A DNA stretch of 64,000 bases from Candidatus Thorarchaeota archaeon. GTDB taxonomy: Archaea; Asgardarchaeota; Thorarchaeia; Thorarchaeales; Thorarchaeaceae. Under the pieces are notes generated by a model. The model had not been told where the DNA came from. It was given only the letters and a program-made list of their open reading frames with translations, and did not search any database. The position numbers and the translations under genes were made by a program. This document shows, in pieces, positions 47,336 to 56,234 of the stretch (position 1 is its first letter; every line of letters begins with the position of its first letter). The stretch spans positions 1-64,000 of the forward strand of contig PRDH01000078.1 of NCBI GenBank assembly GCA_003345545.1. Reading direction: 5' to 3'.

Positions 47336-49162
47336 ATGTGCGGTATTATAGGTGTTGTCCAGAAACATGGCGATGTTGCACCCTTCCTACATCAAGCACT
47401 AAAGCGACTTGAATATCGAGGCTATGATTCTGTTGGAGTAACGACTATAGCAGCAGGAAGACTCTATATCAAGAAAGAGAAGGGAAAGATTGAGGAGGTA
47501 CATAGAAGACTCAATCTTGATGACATGCCGGGATCGATTGGGATTGGACACACACGCTGGGCTACGCATGGGATACCATCCATGCTGAACGCACACCCTC
47601 ACTTCGATTGCAATAATGAGATATCAGTCGTTCATAATGGTGTGATTGACAACTTCCTAGAACTTCGAGCTGAACTGAAAGAGAAAGGGCATGTACTGAA
47701 ATCTGAAACAGATACAGAGGTCATCCCTCATCTTATTGAGGACTACATGAGAGATGGCTTGAACTTGTTTCAAGCAGTCAAAGAAACAACAAAACGGATT
47801 GAGGGAACCTATGCTATTGTAGTGATGAGTACGAGAGAAGAAGTCAGTAGGATTGTCTGCACGCGGGATGGCAATCCATTAGTCATTGGCCGAAAAGAAG
47901 ACGTTTCGTATGTTTCCTCGGATATTCCAGCATTTCTACCCATGACAAATGATATGATTCTTCTACTCGATGGAGAGATTGCGAGTCTCACTGCTGATGG
48001 GGTGAGGATAGAGAAACTAGCTGACAATAGTGAGGTCAAACGAGAAGGTATCAAGATAAGTTGGACCGCAGATCAGGCCCAAAAGAGCGGATATCCACAC
48101 TTCATGCTGAAGGAAATTCATGAGCAGCCTGAAGCAATAAAGAACACTCTTAGACTCAGAGATGATGTGATTAGAGAAGCTGCGAGAATCATCCACTCAT
48201 CTAAGAGAGTGATTATGTTGGCAATGGGAACATCTGGTCATGCGGCTCAGGCCGGACGACATATGTTTGCATCCATTGCAGGAGTGCTTCCAGTCTTTGA
48301 GCTCGCAAGCGATTTCCCAGATACGGTATATAGAACACTTACACGAAATGACTGTGTTATAGCGATAACACAATCTGGGGAAACAACAGATACGATAAGC
48401 GCTGTAAAGTATGCAAAGGAATCAGGAGCGAAAGTCGTTGCAATCACGAATGTTGTCGGTAGCTCGATAACACGATATGCAGATTACACAATCTTGACTC
48501 AAGCTGGACCAGAGATAGGTGTGGCCGCAACGAAGACGTTCATGGTTCAGCTAGCTGCTCTGGCTCTTCTTGCATTGAGTCTCGGAGAATTAACGGGGTT
48601 TGTGGATGCTTCAGTCATCGAAAGAAAACGAAAGTTCCTGCAGAGAGCTCCGGATATTGTATCTGAAACGATTTCAAGAAATGAAGAATTGGCAAGAAGA
48701 CTAGCTGGTCAGATGTACGATAAACCAAGCTTTCTATTCTTGGGCAGAGGAGTTTCAATCGCAACTGCAGAAGAAGGAGCTCTGAAACTCAAGGAAATCG
48801 CCTACAATCATGCGGAGGCGTACTCAGCAGGTGAGTCAAAACATGGTCCAATTGCTCTTGTACAGGAAGACTATCCGGTAGTCTTTGTTGCTCCAAATGA
48901 TGAAACACGTAGCAGAATAATTGGTAACATTATGGAGATGAAGGCAAGGGGTGCGTCTATAGTGTCTGTGATTTCGAAAGATGACAAGGAATTAGCGAGC
49001 CTCTCGAATCACGTCTTCACAATTCCCGAGCAAATTGAGGCGGAGTTTTCCACAATGATCTTTGTAGTACCCCTTCAGTTGTTCAGCTACTATATGGCAT
49101 TGAAGAAAGGATATGACCCAGATAAGCCACGTAACCTTGCTAAGTCCGTAACAGTGCTTTGA
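47336..49162 (+). CDS. glmS: Glutamine--fructose-6-phosphate aminotransferase (isomerizing)
   Basis: MCGIIG, LEYRGYDS, GHTRWATHG, SETDTE, QSGETTD, EGALKLKE, PRNLAKSVTV. Confidence 0.98.
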   Translation: MCGIIGVVQKHGDVAPFLHQALKRLEYRGYDSVGVTTIAAGRLYIKKEKGKIEEVHRRLNLDDMPGSIGIGHTRWATHGIPSMLNAHPHFDCNNEISVVHNGVIDNFLELRAELKEKGHVLKSETDTEVIPHLIEDYMRDGLNLFQAVKETTKRIEGTYAIVVMSTREEVSRIVCTRDGNPLVIGRKEDVSYVSSDIPAFLPMTNDMILLLDGEIASLTADGVRIEKLADNSEVKREGIKISWTADQAQKSGYPHFMLKEIHEQPEAIKNTLRLRDDVIREAARIIHSSKRVIMLAMGTSGHAAQAGRHMFASIAGVLPVFELASDFPDTVYRTLTRNDCVIAITQSGETTDTISAVKYAKESGAKVVAITNVVGSSITRYADYTILTQAGPEIGVAATKTFMVQLAALALLALSLGELTGFVDASVIERKRKFLQRAPDIVSETISRNEELARRLAGQMYDKPSFLFLGRGVSIATAEEGALKLKEIAYNHAEAYSAGESKHGPIALVQEDYPVVFVAPNDETRSRIIGNIMEMKARGASIVSVISKDDKELASLSNHVFTIPEQIEAEFSTMIFVVPLQLFSYYMALKKGYDPDKPRNLAKSVTVL

Positions 49163-49211
49163 GGACCTTAAATCCTCAAAGAGTGGTAGACTACTGTATG
49201 AGGATGCACTA

Positions 49212-49460
49212 ATGTTTCTCTACATTCTAAGCCCCCTTGTAGACTTCGCAAATCTGATTGCAGCCTACTTTGCAGAGATATGGGGCTTTTTGATTTTCAT
49301 CGGGAACATCTCGTCATTCATTGTAGTACTAATAGGTGCGATTCTCTGGTTTACTGATGTGAACACGAAGAGAGGAAAGGCATTGGTTCTGGGCGGCATA
49401 CTCTTGGCGATTACCGTTCAATACTTTGTATTCTTTCCGCCCATTTTCTCTATCGTATGA
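49212..49460 (+). CDS. Small two-TM membrane protein, possibly TrbC/VirB2 (CedA1-like) pilin fold
   Basis: 82 aa; hydrophobic hairpin IVVLIGAILWFT-DVNTKRGK-ALVLGGILLAI. Confidence 0.5.
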   Translation: MFLYILSPLVDFANLIAAYFAEIWGFLIFIGNISSFIVVLIGAILWFTDVNTKRGKALVLGGILLAITVQYFVFFPPIFSIV

Positions 49461-49473
49461 AATCATGATAGAA

Positions 49474-50688
49474 TCACAGCAGTTGTTGCGAGATTGTGTC
49501 TAGAGTAGAAACAAGATGATTGATATCAGCGATTGTATTGTACCCATGAAGAGAAACTTGAACAAGACCATCCTGTGTCATCGGTTGTATTAGAGGATGT
49601 GCACAGACAAGGCCACTTCTGACTGCTATGTTTGACTCATCAAGAAATAACGCAACATCATGACATCCAATCTGAGAAACGTCACCAAGATTGAACCCGA
49701 AAATGGTTGTTTCGCTCTTGGGTGCACCATACAGAGTCAAGCCATCAATCTCGTTCAGACGGTTCCTCATATGATTCGAGAGACGAGCAAGATGTTTAAT
49801 CAGGCCGTTTGAACGGAATCTTGAGAGATAGTCGATTGAAGTATCAAGTCCAGCAATTGCAGGAACATTGAGATAGTCTGGTTCATATTTGTCAGGCTGA
49901 AATGCAACATCGTATTCTTTCTTATGAACATTCGAAACAGTCGCCCCTCCAAGAATTCCTGGTATATGGTTCCTATCTGCAGACGGATTGATCCATTGAA
50001 GTGCCAGACCTGGTGGGCCCATTAGCCCGATGTTTGCAGAGAAAACGAGAATGTCACTTCCAAGATGAACTGGAGAGTCTTCTACTAGTCCCATTGACCG
50101 TGTCGAGTCTGTCAGTAGGAGTGCATCATGCGAGTGAACAATTTCTGCAACTTCTGAAATTGAATTCTTTGTGCCGATTCCTGGAACAACATGACAGACA
50201 GCGACAATTCCCGTCCTTCGATCAACCAGGCTGTCAAGCAGACTGAGAGATACAGATCCATCATTCTCTATTGGAGCAATTTCTACATCTATATGTAGTA
50301 CCTCTGCAGCACGTAGCATAGGTACGTAGACAGAATTTTCCTCAGATTGGGCAATGATCATTTTGTTTCTTTTGCTATCCTTCCAATTGTAGCCATAGAC
50401 AAAAGATGCAACGGCAGAGGGTACAGATTTCTGAAATGAGATTGAAGCAGAATCGGTTTCGAGAAATCGCGATAAGCTTTGTCGGGTGGTTTCTACGATA
50501 CTGCTACCCCTGACAGCGAGTCTATGTGCGCCTCGTCGTGCAGAAGCTACCACAGAGTTAAGGAAGGCTGCAGTTGTATTCACTGATGACTTGGGGACTA
50601 ATGTTGTGCTTGCTGAGTCAAAGTATGCGAAACTGGGAGTTTCATCATAGATACCAAAGTCCGATTTGACATCCATTTTGGTTGCCAT
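49474..50688 (-). CDS. SufS/cysteine-desulfurase-like class V aminotransferase-fold protein lacking the PLP lysine
   Basis: YFDSASTT, RRGAH, NVPAIAGL and VRSGLVCAHPL present; FSANIGLMGPPG replaces FSGHK.LGP.G. Confidence 0.85.
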   Translation of the reverse strand: MATKMDVKSDFGIYDETPSFAYFDSASTTLVPKSSVNTTAAFLNSVVASARRGAHRLAVRGSSIVETTRQSLSRFLETDSASISFQKSVPSAVASFVYGYNWKDSKRNKMIIAQSEENSVYVPMLRAAEVLHIDVEIAPIENDGSVSLSLLDSLVDRRTGIVAVCHVVPGIGTKNSISEVAEIVHSHDALLLTDSTRSMGLVEDSPVHLGSDILVFSANIGLMGPPGLALQWINPSADRNHIPGILGGATVSNVHKKEYDVAFQPDKYEPDYLNVPAIAGLDTSIDYLSRFRSNGLIKHLARLSNHMRNRLNEIDGLTLYGAPKSETTIFGFNLGDVSQIGCHDVALFLDESNIAVRSGLVCAHPLIQPMTQDGLVQVSLHGYNTIADINHLVSTLDTISQQLL

Positions 50689-50749
50689 GAAGAGTGATTA
50701 TTGAGTGAACTGCTTTAATACCATACTATACTTTCAGAAATCGATAGAC

Positions 50750-51763
50750 ATGTCGTTTGGGAATCCTGTTGAGGGATATTTTCTCATCACTTCCGATAAT
50801 CTGATTTTTGAGGTGAAGGGAATAGTACATCCACAGGACCGCATCATAGCATATTTGAGATATGTGTCAGAAGATAGCGCAAGCAAATCGAATCTACATT
50901 ATCGCAAGCTGTATGATCTCAATGAAAGATATGACTACTTGAACTCCCGATTCCCGGAGTATCTATGGTTAAGCAAGGTTCATGGAAGAGTCATTCAATC
51001 GGTGCCGAAACAGAAGATAGCTTCAGTCCTCGCACCAGTCGAAGGTCTGGCTCAGATGAAGAGCAATTGTGGTACTCTGAGTAGACTAGAGAAAGCAACG
51101 GTCTTGCTCGTTGAAAGACTAGTACAAATGACTGGAATAGCATGGTCGGACATTGGTATTACAGGGTCGCAACTGTTGGGAATATCAACAGATAGATCGG
51201 ATATCGATCTCGTAGTCTATGGGAGTGCAGCGTCTCGGAAATTCTATGAATTGCTGTCTGAGAACTATGGGAGAATTGCAGGTATCAAGCCGTATTCTGG
51301 AAACCTTCTGAATGCACATGTAAGATTCAGATGGAGTGACTTGACTCAGCAGGAGGACATACTTAACAAAATCGAGAGCAAGAAAGTCCTACAGGGGCTC
51401 TTCGATAAATACGAATTCTTCGTTAGACTGGTTAAGCACCCCGAGGAAACTGATGAGTTCTATGGAAAAATGGTGTATGAGATGATGGGTGCCTGTGATG
51501 TTCGATGCAGAGTGGAAGATGATCATGACTCCATATTCACACCATGTATCTATATTGTCGAGTCACATGACTGCCCTGATCTAAGAAGACTCATTAGTTT
51601 TCGAGGCCGGTTCACTGAGCAGGTTTCCGTAGGAATGTCTGTGAGAGCAAGAGGGCGTTTGGAAAGAGTGACAGACATAACAACTGGAGATACCTTTCAG
51701 CAACTTGTCTTGGGAGAGAATTCAACTGATTATTTGCTGCCCGATATAGCTTTCACAGACTAA
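50750..51763 (+). CDS. Archaeal predicted nucleotidyltransferase (COG1665-like)
   Basis: FEVKGIVHP, AYLRY, GITGSQLLG..SDIDLVVYG, SIFTPCIY, SFRGRFTEQ, RARGRLE. Confidence 0.85.
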   Translation: MSFGNPVEGYFLITSDNLIFEVKGIVHPQDRIIAYLRYVSEDSASKSNLHYRKLYDLNERYDYLNSRFPEYLWLSKVHGRVIQSVPKQKIASVLAPVEGLAQMKSNCGTLSRLEKATVLLVERLVQMTGIAWSDIGITGSQLLGISTDRSDIDLVVYGSAASRKFYELLSENYGRIAGIKPYSGNLLNAHVRFRWSDLTQQEDILNKIESKKVLQGLFDKYEFFVRLVKHPEETDEFYGKMVYEMMGACDVRCRVEDDHDSIFTPCIYIVESHDCPDLRRLISFRGRFTEQVSVGMSVRARGRLERVTDITTGDTFQQLVLGENSTDYLLPDIAFTD

Positions 51764-51899
51764 CCCCATTGACACTAATTCACAATGGATTTCTGTGAAT
51801 GGCGCCAATATTGTGAATCCATTATGGAAATCAGTGTTTTGCATGCTTTTCGTACTCAACTAAGCAGTAATAGCTCTTCTTATCCTTGTGAATAGACAC

Positions 51900-51921
51900 A
51901 CCCCTCCGTTTCCTATGGAAC
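51900..51921 (-). promoter_or_regulatory. Origin recognition box (ORB) with G-string
   Basis: Minus strand GTTCCATAGGAAACGGAGGGGT matches the archaeal consensus GTTCCA-N3-GAAAC-N2-AGGGGT, inside a 460-bp intergenic region. Confidence 0.8.
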
Positions 51922-52223
51922 CAAGTAATCGCACATATGAAATCCTTATGACTTCATTCACAAGCCATATAATTCTGTGAATGATGAAAAGGTTGGACAA
52001 TTTCCTTATTTTAGCCTATAAAGCGTTCATAACGCTTTATTACCACTTCAAAGACGAAGAAGGACGTGACCACACAAGAAACGAGATGGACGGGTCCTGA
52101 AAGTGAGCAGGCGCGGTATGTATCTCTTATCTCCATATATACAATTCACATACTCACACTTATTTGGACGCACACTCTAGTATTCTGTGAATGGATTGAT
52201 GAAGTAGATAGTATCTTCAAGCG

Positions 52224-52862
52224 GTGATAGAATTGAGTGATGGAGACCGAACGAACTATGTCTATGAATTCACATATTATTCTGCCCCAGGTCTCCGTGA
52301 AATCTTCCAGTGCAAGTATGTTAATCCAAATGAGGCACTCAACAGATTCAGCAAGATCCTCTCGCTGACAGAAGCACCCTTTGATTTCAAGATAGTGGTA
52401 TCCGATGAAACTATGGGCGAGGAGTCGAGCTTTCAAGTCAAGGGCGGCAGTGTAGAAGAAATGTTTGCTAAGTTCAAAGTATTCTTAGAAACCAGCACTG
52501 GCTGCAGCTTTGAGGAGGTCATTGGGGAAGTGCCAGATGCGGGGTACGATGCAAGTACTTTTGACTCTATGAGCAGCTATGACAAGATGCAGCTCATCAT
52601 CTATGCCTCTTTCAAACATGGCAAGTTCTCATCGTTGGATGTTGCTGAAATCTATGAGGATTCATTCAGTGAGGATCTGCCCAAGAGTACCGCATCAACA
52701 TATCTTGCCCGAATGTGGAATAATGGTAAGGGTCACCTAGAACGATATGGGAACCGTTCTGGATATACATACAGGCTGAAGACGGAACTAAAAGAGGTTC
52801 AGAAGGAAACTGAGAGAGCAGAAGAGATTCTGACAGCCATCCAGATGCGAGTTCGGGACTAG
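52224..52862 (+). CDS. Hypothetical protein with C-terminal winged-helix domain
   Basis: FSSLDVAEIYEDSFSEDLPKSTASTYLARM..GHLERYGNRSGYTYRL. Confidence 0.75.
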   Translation: MIELSDGDRTNYVYEFTYYSAPGLREIFQCKYVNPNEALNRFSKILSLTEAPFDFKIVVSDETMGEESSFQVKGGSVEEMFAKFKVFLETSTGCSFEEVIGEVPDAGYDASTFDSMSSYDKMQLIIYASFKHGKFSSLDVAEIYEDSFSEDLPKSTASTYLARMWNNGKGHLERYGNRSGYTYRLKTELKEVQKETERAEEILTAIQMRVRD

Positions 52863-52900
52863 TGGTGTATCAGCTCTTCTGCAGTCTAAAGTCTAATGTA

Positions 52901-54217
52901 TTATAGATCAGATACGTGCTCTTCGAGGGAGATACCTAGGCCTGCAAGCTCTTGAAGAATGGGGTCGTAGAGAGAGGGAATGACTGGGCGATGAACTCCT
53001 GTGAGTTTGATTTTTCCTTCAAGTATCATTCTGCTGGCAATAGCAACTGGTAGTGCTACTGTTCTTGACATAGAACTGTCACCATTAGGAATTCCATAGT
53101 CAATGAGTGTTGATGTGATCTTCTGCTTCTTGTCTTTGTACTCAACCATGAACTCATGGTGCATCACTAGCATATCACGTTCTCCGGGCGCATATTGCAG
53201 CTTCTGTTCAAAGAGATGGCAGAGTGCATCAAGCCTCGTGGTGATACCTGAGGGTATGATGACTTCATCGAGCAGTCCGAGCCATTCAAGGCGCTTCAAG
53301 ATTGGATGATTCTCTGCAATCCCGCAGAACTTGGCGACTGCGGTTCTTATGTCACCTGTTCGTGCTGATGTGAGGTTTCTCATCATGGCTGCGTATGTCA
53401 TGTTGGTCAGAGACCTCTCTTCCACATCCAGTAGACCTAGGCTTGCTATCTTATCGAGTGTTTCACACCAACCTATGTTGCGAAGGGTGCCACGGAGCAT
53501 CGTTTCTGTTTCGGGTATGTTGTAAATCTCGATGTAGGACATACTATCGCGATTAGGATACGCCTCGAAAGTGCCTAATCCTGACATTTCCATCAGCTCA
53601 TAGTTATGGAACAAGTCTCCTCCGCGAATCAGGACCTCCTTGCCATCCCGTAGAAAGTGAGCGTCATTTCTTCCAGCAAGAAGAACTCCGCGAGGAGTCC
53701 ATGATACCTTGTAGCCATATGGATTGTTATTATCATCAGGAGCTGGAAGTCCGCCAGTGACTGATGTGAAGCTCTTGACCTTACCTCCCTTGCTGTGAAC
53801 TTGATCTATTATTCGCATGGCGCTCATATGGTCGATGCCAGGGTCAACACCACACTCATTGAGAAGCAGGACTCCAGCCTTTTTGGCATCTCCCTCTAGA
53901 GCCTTCATCTCCGCAGAGATGTAGGATGTTGTACAAAAGTGCTTCTTGTGTTTTATTGCGGCCTTTGCTGCTTTGACATGATGAACATATGGGAGTAATG
54001 AACAGACAAGATCCGTTTTGGCTGTCAGCTCATCAAGAAGAGCGTCATCTGTGACTATGTTGAAAACAATAACCTCTGCATTCTCGCAACCGTCTATCAG
54101 GTGTTCAGCTTTGCTCTTTGTTCTGCTGGCAACAAAGACATGAAAGCCATTGTCACTAAGATACTGGATGTAGGGGCGAGCAACAAGTCCGGCACCCAGA
54201 CAGAGCACTTTCTTCAT
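52901..54217 (-). CDS. Saccharopine dehydrogenase (glutamate-forming; Lys9/AASS-SDH type)
   Basis: LGAGLVARP, SLLPY.HH, TTSY, NECGVDPGIDHMSAM, GGLPAP..NNPYGYK.SW, YPNRDS, SMSRTV. Confidence 0.95.
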   Translation of the reverse strand: MKKVLCLGAGLVARPYIQYLSDNGFHVFVASRTKSKAEHLIDGCENAEVIVFNIVTDDALLDELTAKTDLVCSLLPYVHHVKAAKAAIKHKKHFCTTSYISAEMKALEGDAKKAGVLLLNECGVDPGIDHMSAMRIIDQVHSKGGKVKSFTSVTGGLPAPDDNNNPYGYKVSWTPRGVLLAGRNDAHFLRDGKEVLIRGGDLFHNYELMEMSGLGTFEAYPNRDSMSYIEIYNIPETETMLRGTLRNIGWCETLDKIASLGLLDVEERSLTNMTYAAMMRNLTSARTGDIRTAVAKFCGIAENHPILKRLEWLGLLDEVIIPSGITTRLDALCHLFEQKLQYAPGERDMLVMHHEFMVEYKDKKQKITSTLIDYGIPNGDSSMSRTVALPVAIASRMILEGKIKLTGVHRPVIPSLYDPILQELAGLGISLEEHVSDL

Positions 54218-54231
54218 TTAGCGTTGTCCTC

Positions 54232-55533
54232 CTATAGGTATTCCTTAAGATATTCATAATTCTTCGTTAGTTTCCCTCGGTACGCGATGACTGCGTCCTT
54301 GATTTCTTTCGGCAGTTCAAGCTTCTCAAATGAGGATACGGTGAAATCAGCCATTGCAAATGCAGGAATGAATTGAGTCAGTGTTCCACTGAATGACATC
54401 GATGATTCTCGTGGAAGCTCACACGGCAAGTTATCGACTGCCATGACAACTGGACCATTCCCTTTCACACCAAGTTCTGCACGGTCCTCATTGATGATGT
54501 AGGTGAATGCTGGATCACCAGGTGTTGTGCTTCTTGTTGTGAACTCAATTGCACCATCAATATCACAGGAGATGTCACCAATGACACGCAACTTTCGATT
54601 AGGCTCGCTCCAGTGTTTGCGAATAAAGTCCTTCGTCACCAATCTCGGATATTTGTCAGTCCAATAGATACAATTCATTAATACAGAGAGATAGGGAACG
54701 TACTTGTGGAACACTCCAATGTAGTCGGCTTTTCCCGCGTTGTAGTAGTCTTGAAGATTGAACTTTATTGATGGACTCCTAGGCTCAACCATGTGTTCTT
54801 CCTTGAAGATGCATTTGTACAAGACATTCTCTTTTGGTTCGAGGGTTGAGAGCTTATTTGGTTGTGTTACTTCATGAGGCAGGGTATCGAAGATCTCTTG
54901 GGCTCCTCGAGAAACATTACCGTAACCGGCAAATCCAACAACGAACGGCGTGAGCTCCTTGGGAAGTCCTTGGTCATTGATTCGTTTACCCAAGAGCCTG
55001 AATTCTTCAGTAACCGCTGCTAGGCTCTTCAGTTTCAATGTTGATCTCATCCCAGCAAATGGATTAGGATTAACACCCTCTACTTTTAGTCGCTCTCCAA
55101 GAACATGGAAAGTATCTCCAATACCGGCCATCCCTGCCCAATTGCCAAAAAAGATGAGACGTTTTCCTTTCTGGTCCACAACGCGTTCGTAGTCAACAAG
55201 GGTTGCACCTGCTTGGAGTATGTTTCGAAGCATGGGCATGTTGTGCTCCTGCCCCTTGATTGTGTGGCTGAAGAAAACATAGACGACATCTTTCTCGAAG
55301 AAGCCAATTGGCATCTCCTTGATTCCGAAGACTACTTGCGCACCGCTACCTTTCAGAGGAGTGATGGTTGCGCCGACTTTCTTGTATTCATTTTCGGAGA
55401 AAGCGCGTTGTTTGTTAGGTTCTATAATGAAGTCGATTTTGTGTTGATCTCGTAAAGACTTGACATGATCAGGTATCAGTGGAACTCTGGATTCAAAAGC
55501 CTTCTCTTCTTTACGCAGACCAATGCGATTCAT
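54232..55533 (-). CDS. Lysine-ketoglutarate reductase / saccharopine dehydrogenase (lysine-forming; AASS-LKR type)
   Basis: ESRVPLIP, GIKEMP, FFSHTIKGQEHNM, DYE, GYGNVSRGAQEI, NCIYW..YPRL, DISCD, MAVDNLPCELP. Confidence 0.92.
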   Translation of the reverse strand: MNRIGLRKEEKAFESRVPLIPDHVKSLRDQHKIDFIIEPNKQRAFSENEYKKVGATITPLKGSGAQVVFGIKEMPIGFFEKDVVYVFFSHTIKGQEHNMPMLRNILQAGATLVDYERVVDQKGKRLIFFGNWAGMAGIGDTFHVLGERLKVEGVNPNPFAGMRSTLKLKSLAAVTEEFRLLGKRINDQGLPKELTPFVVGFAGYGNVSRGAQEIFDTLPHEVTQPNKLSTLEPKENVLYKCIFKEEHMVEPRSPSIKFNLQDYYNAGKADYIGVFHKYVPYLSVLMNCIYWTDKYPRLVTKDFIRKHWSEPNRKLRVIGDISCDIDGAIEFTTRSTTPGDPAFTYIINEDRAELGVKGNGPVVMAVDNLPCELPRESSMSFSGTLTQFIPAFAMADFTVSSFEKLELPKEIKDAVIAYRGKLTKNYEYLKEYL

Positions 55534-55687
55534 GCAGCATTCCTCTGAATCAAGCTATGCCCGAAGCCTTGTTCGGGCCGAAGAGCCAAGCTATTCACGC
55601 TTAACCTTTTCCCTCGATACTATGAACTACATGTATTACACAGGTTGAAAATCGGAACATGTGTTCTGTGATACTGGTCTGAGTGAA

Positions 55688-55975
55688 GTGGTTTCGTATC
55701 TCTATCTTTACGACTGTAGGCATGCGAGGCAGAGTAATGCGCGTCGAGTAGCATTTACGAAGGAGTTGTACGGATATACGTACACATGGCGAACTAAGTC
55801 TGAAATAAGAGAAAAACGCAAACAAGGTCTGTTGGACGAATGTTCAGGAGCTGAAGCAGTAGCAGACTCAGCGATCATTGTTCCTGATGAGCATCGAAGT
55901 ATATTTGACAGTCTGTTTTCAATGTACCAGGATATTCTCAAATTCAGAGTCTATCAGATTGTAAAGGAAGTGTGA
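55688..55975 (+). CDS. Small hypothetical protein, possibly Cas2/VapD-like ferredoxin fold
   Basis: YLYLYD..RRVAFTKELYG..GLL..DSAIIVP; start at GTG 55688 or 55661. Confidence 0.55.
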   Translation: MVSYLYLYDCRHARQSNARRVAFTKELYGYTYTWRTKSEIREKRKQGLLDECSGAEAVADSAIIVPDEHRSIFDSLFSMYQDILKFRVYQIVKEV

Positions 55976-56064
55976 AGCGGGTGGTAGCTCGAGTCTTGGA
56001 ACACGTGTTCGAGTGACTCTTACGTACATACACTTCTGCATGAGGTCAAAAGACTATTGGAGTA

Positions 56065-56234
56065 ACACCCCTTCATTTCCACTGCAGGTGATAAAAATAG
56101 AGTGTTGATCAGCGACTAATGGTATGATGATAAAAATGGAGATAAGAACCAGCTCTCGAAACAGCTATTTATACTTACCGGTATCTAAATGTATAATAAC
56201 TTCTTTGACCATTTCGAGTGGAAATGGTAGGGTC
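56065..56234. promoter_or_regulatory. Two inverted ORB-like boxes flanking an AT-rich stretch (candidate oriC)
   Basis: Minus strand CTGCAGTGGAAATGAAGGGGTGT (about 56065-56087) and plus strand TTCGAGTGGAAATGGTAGGGTC (about 56213-56234), with about 125 bp of AT-rich spacer. Confidence 0.65.

Noticed and set aside
54218-54231. Frameshifted single AASS gene (pseudogene or recoding)
   Set aside because: LKR ends with a normal stop; SDH has its own ATG preceded by GGAGG overlapping that stop, and no linker domain is present
55559-55578. Lysine riboswitch or terminator upstream of LKR (GCCCGAA/TTCGGGC hairpin)
   Set aside because: A single 7-bp stem with no U-tract and far too little sequence for a lysine riboswitch
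55999-56010. Bona fide LexA/SOS box
   Set aside because: The pattern matches, but no LexA is seen and no copies were noticed upstream of the repair genes here (herA/nurA, hel308); kept only as an unknown operator
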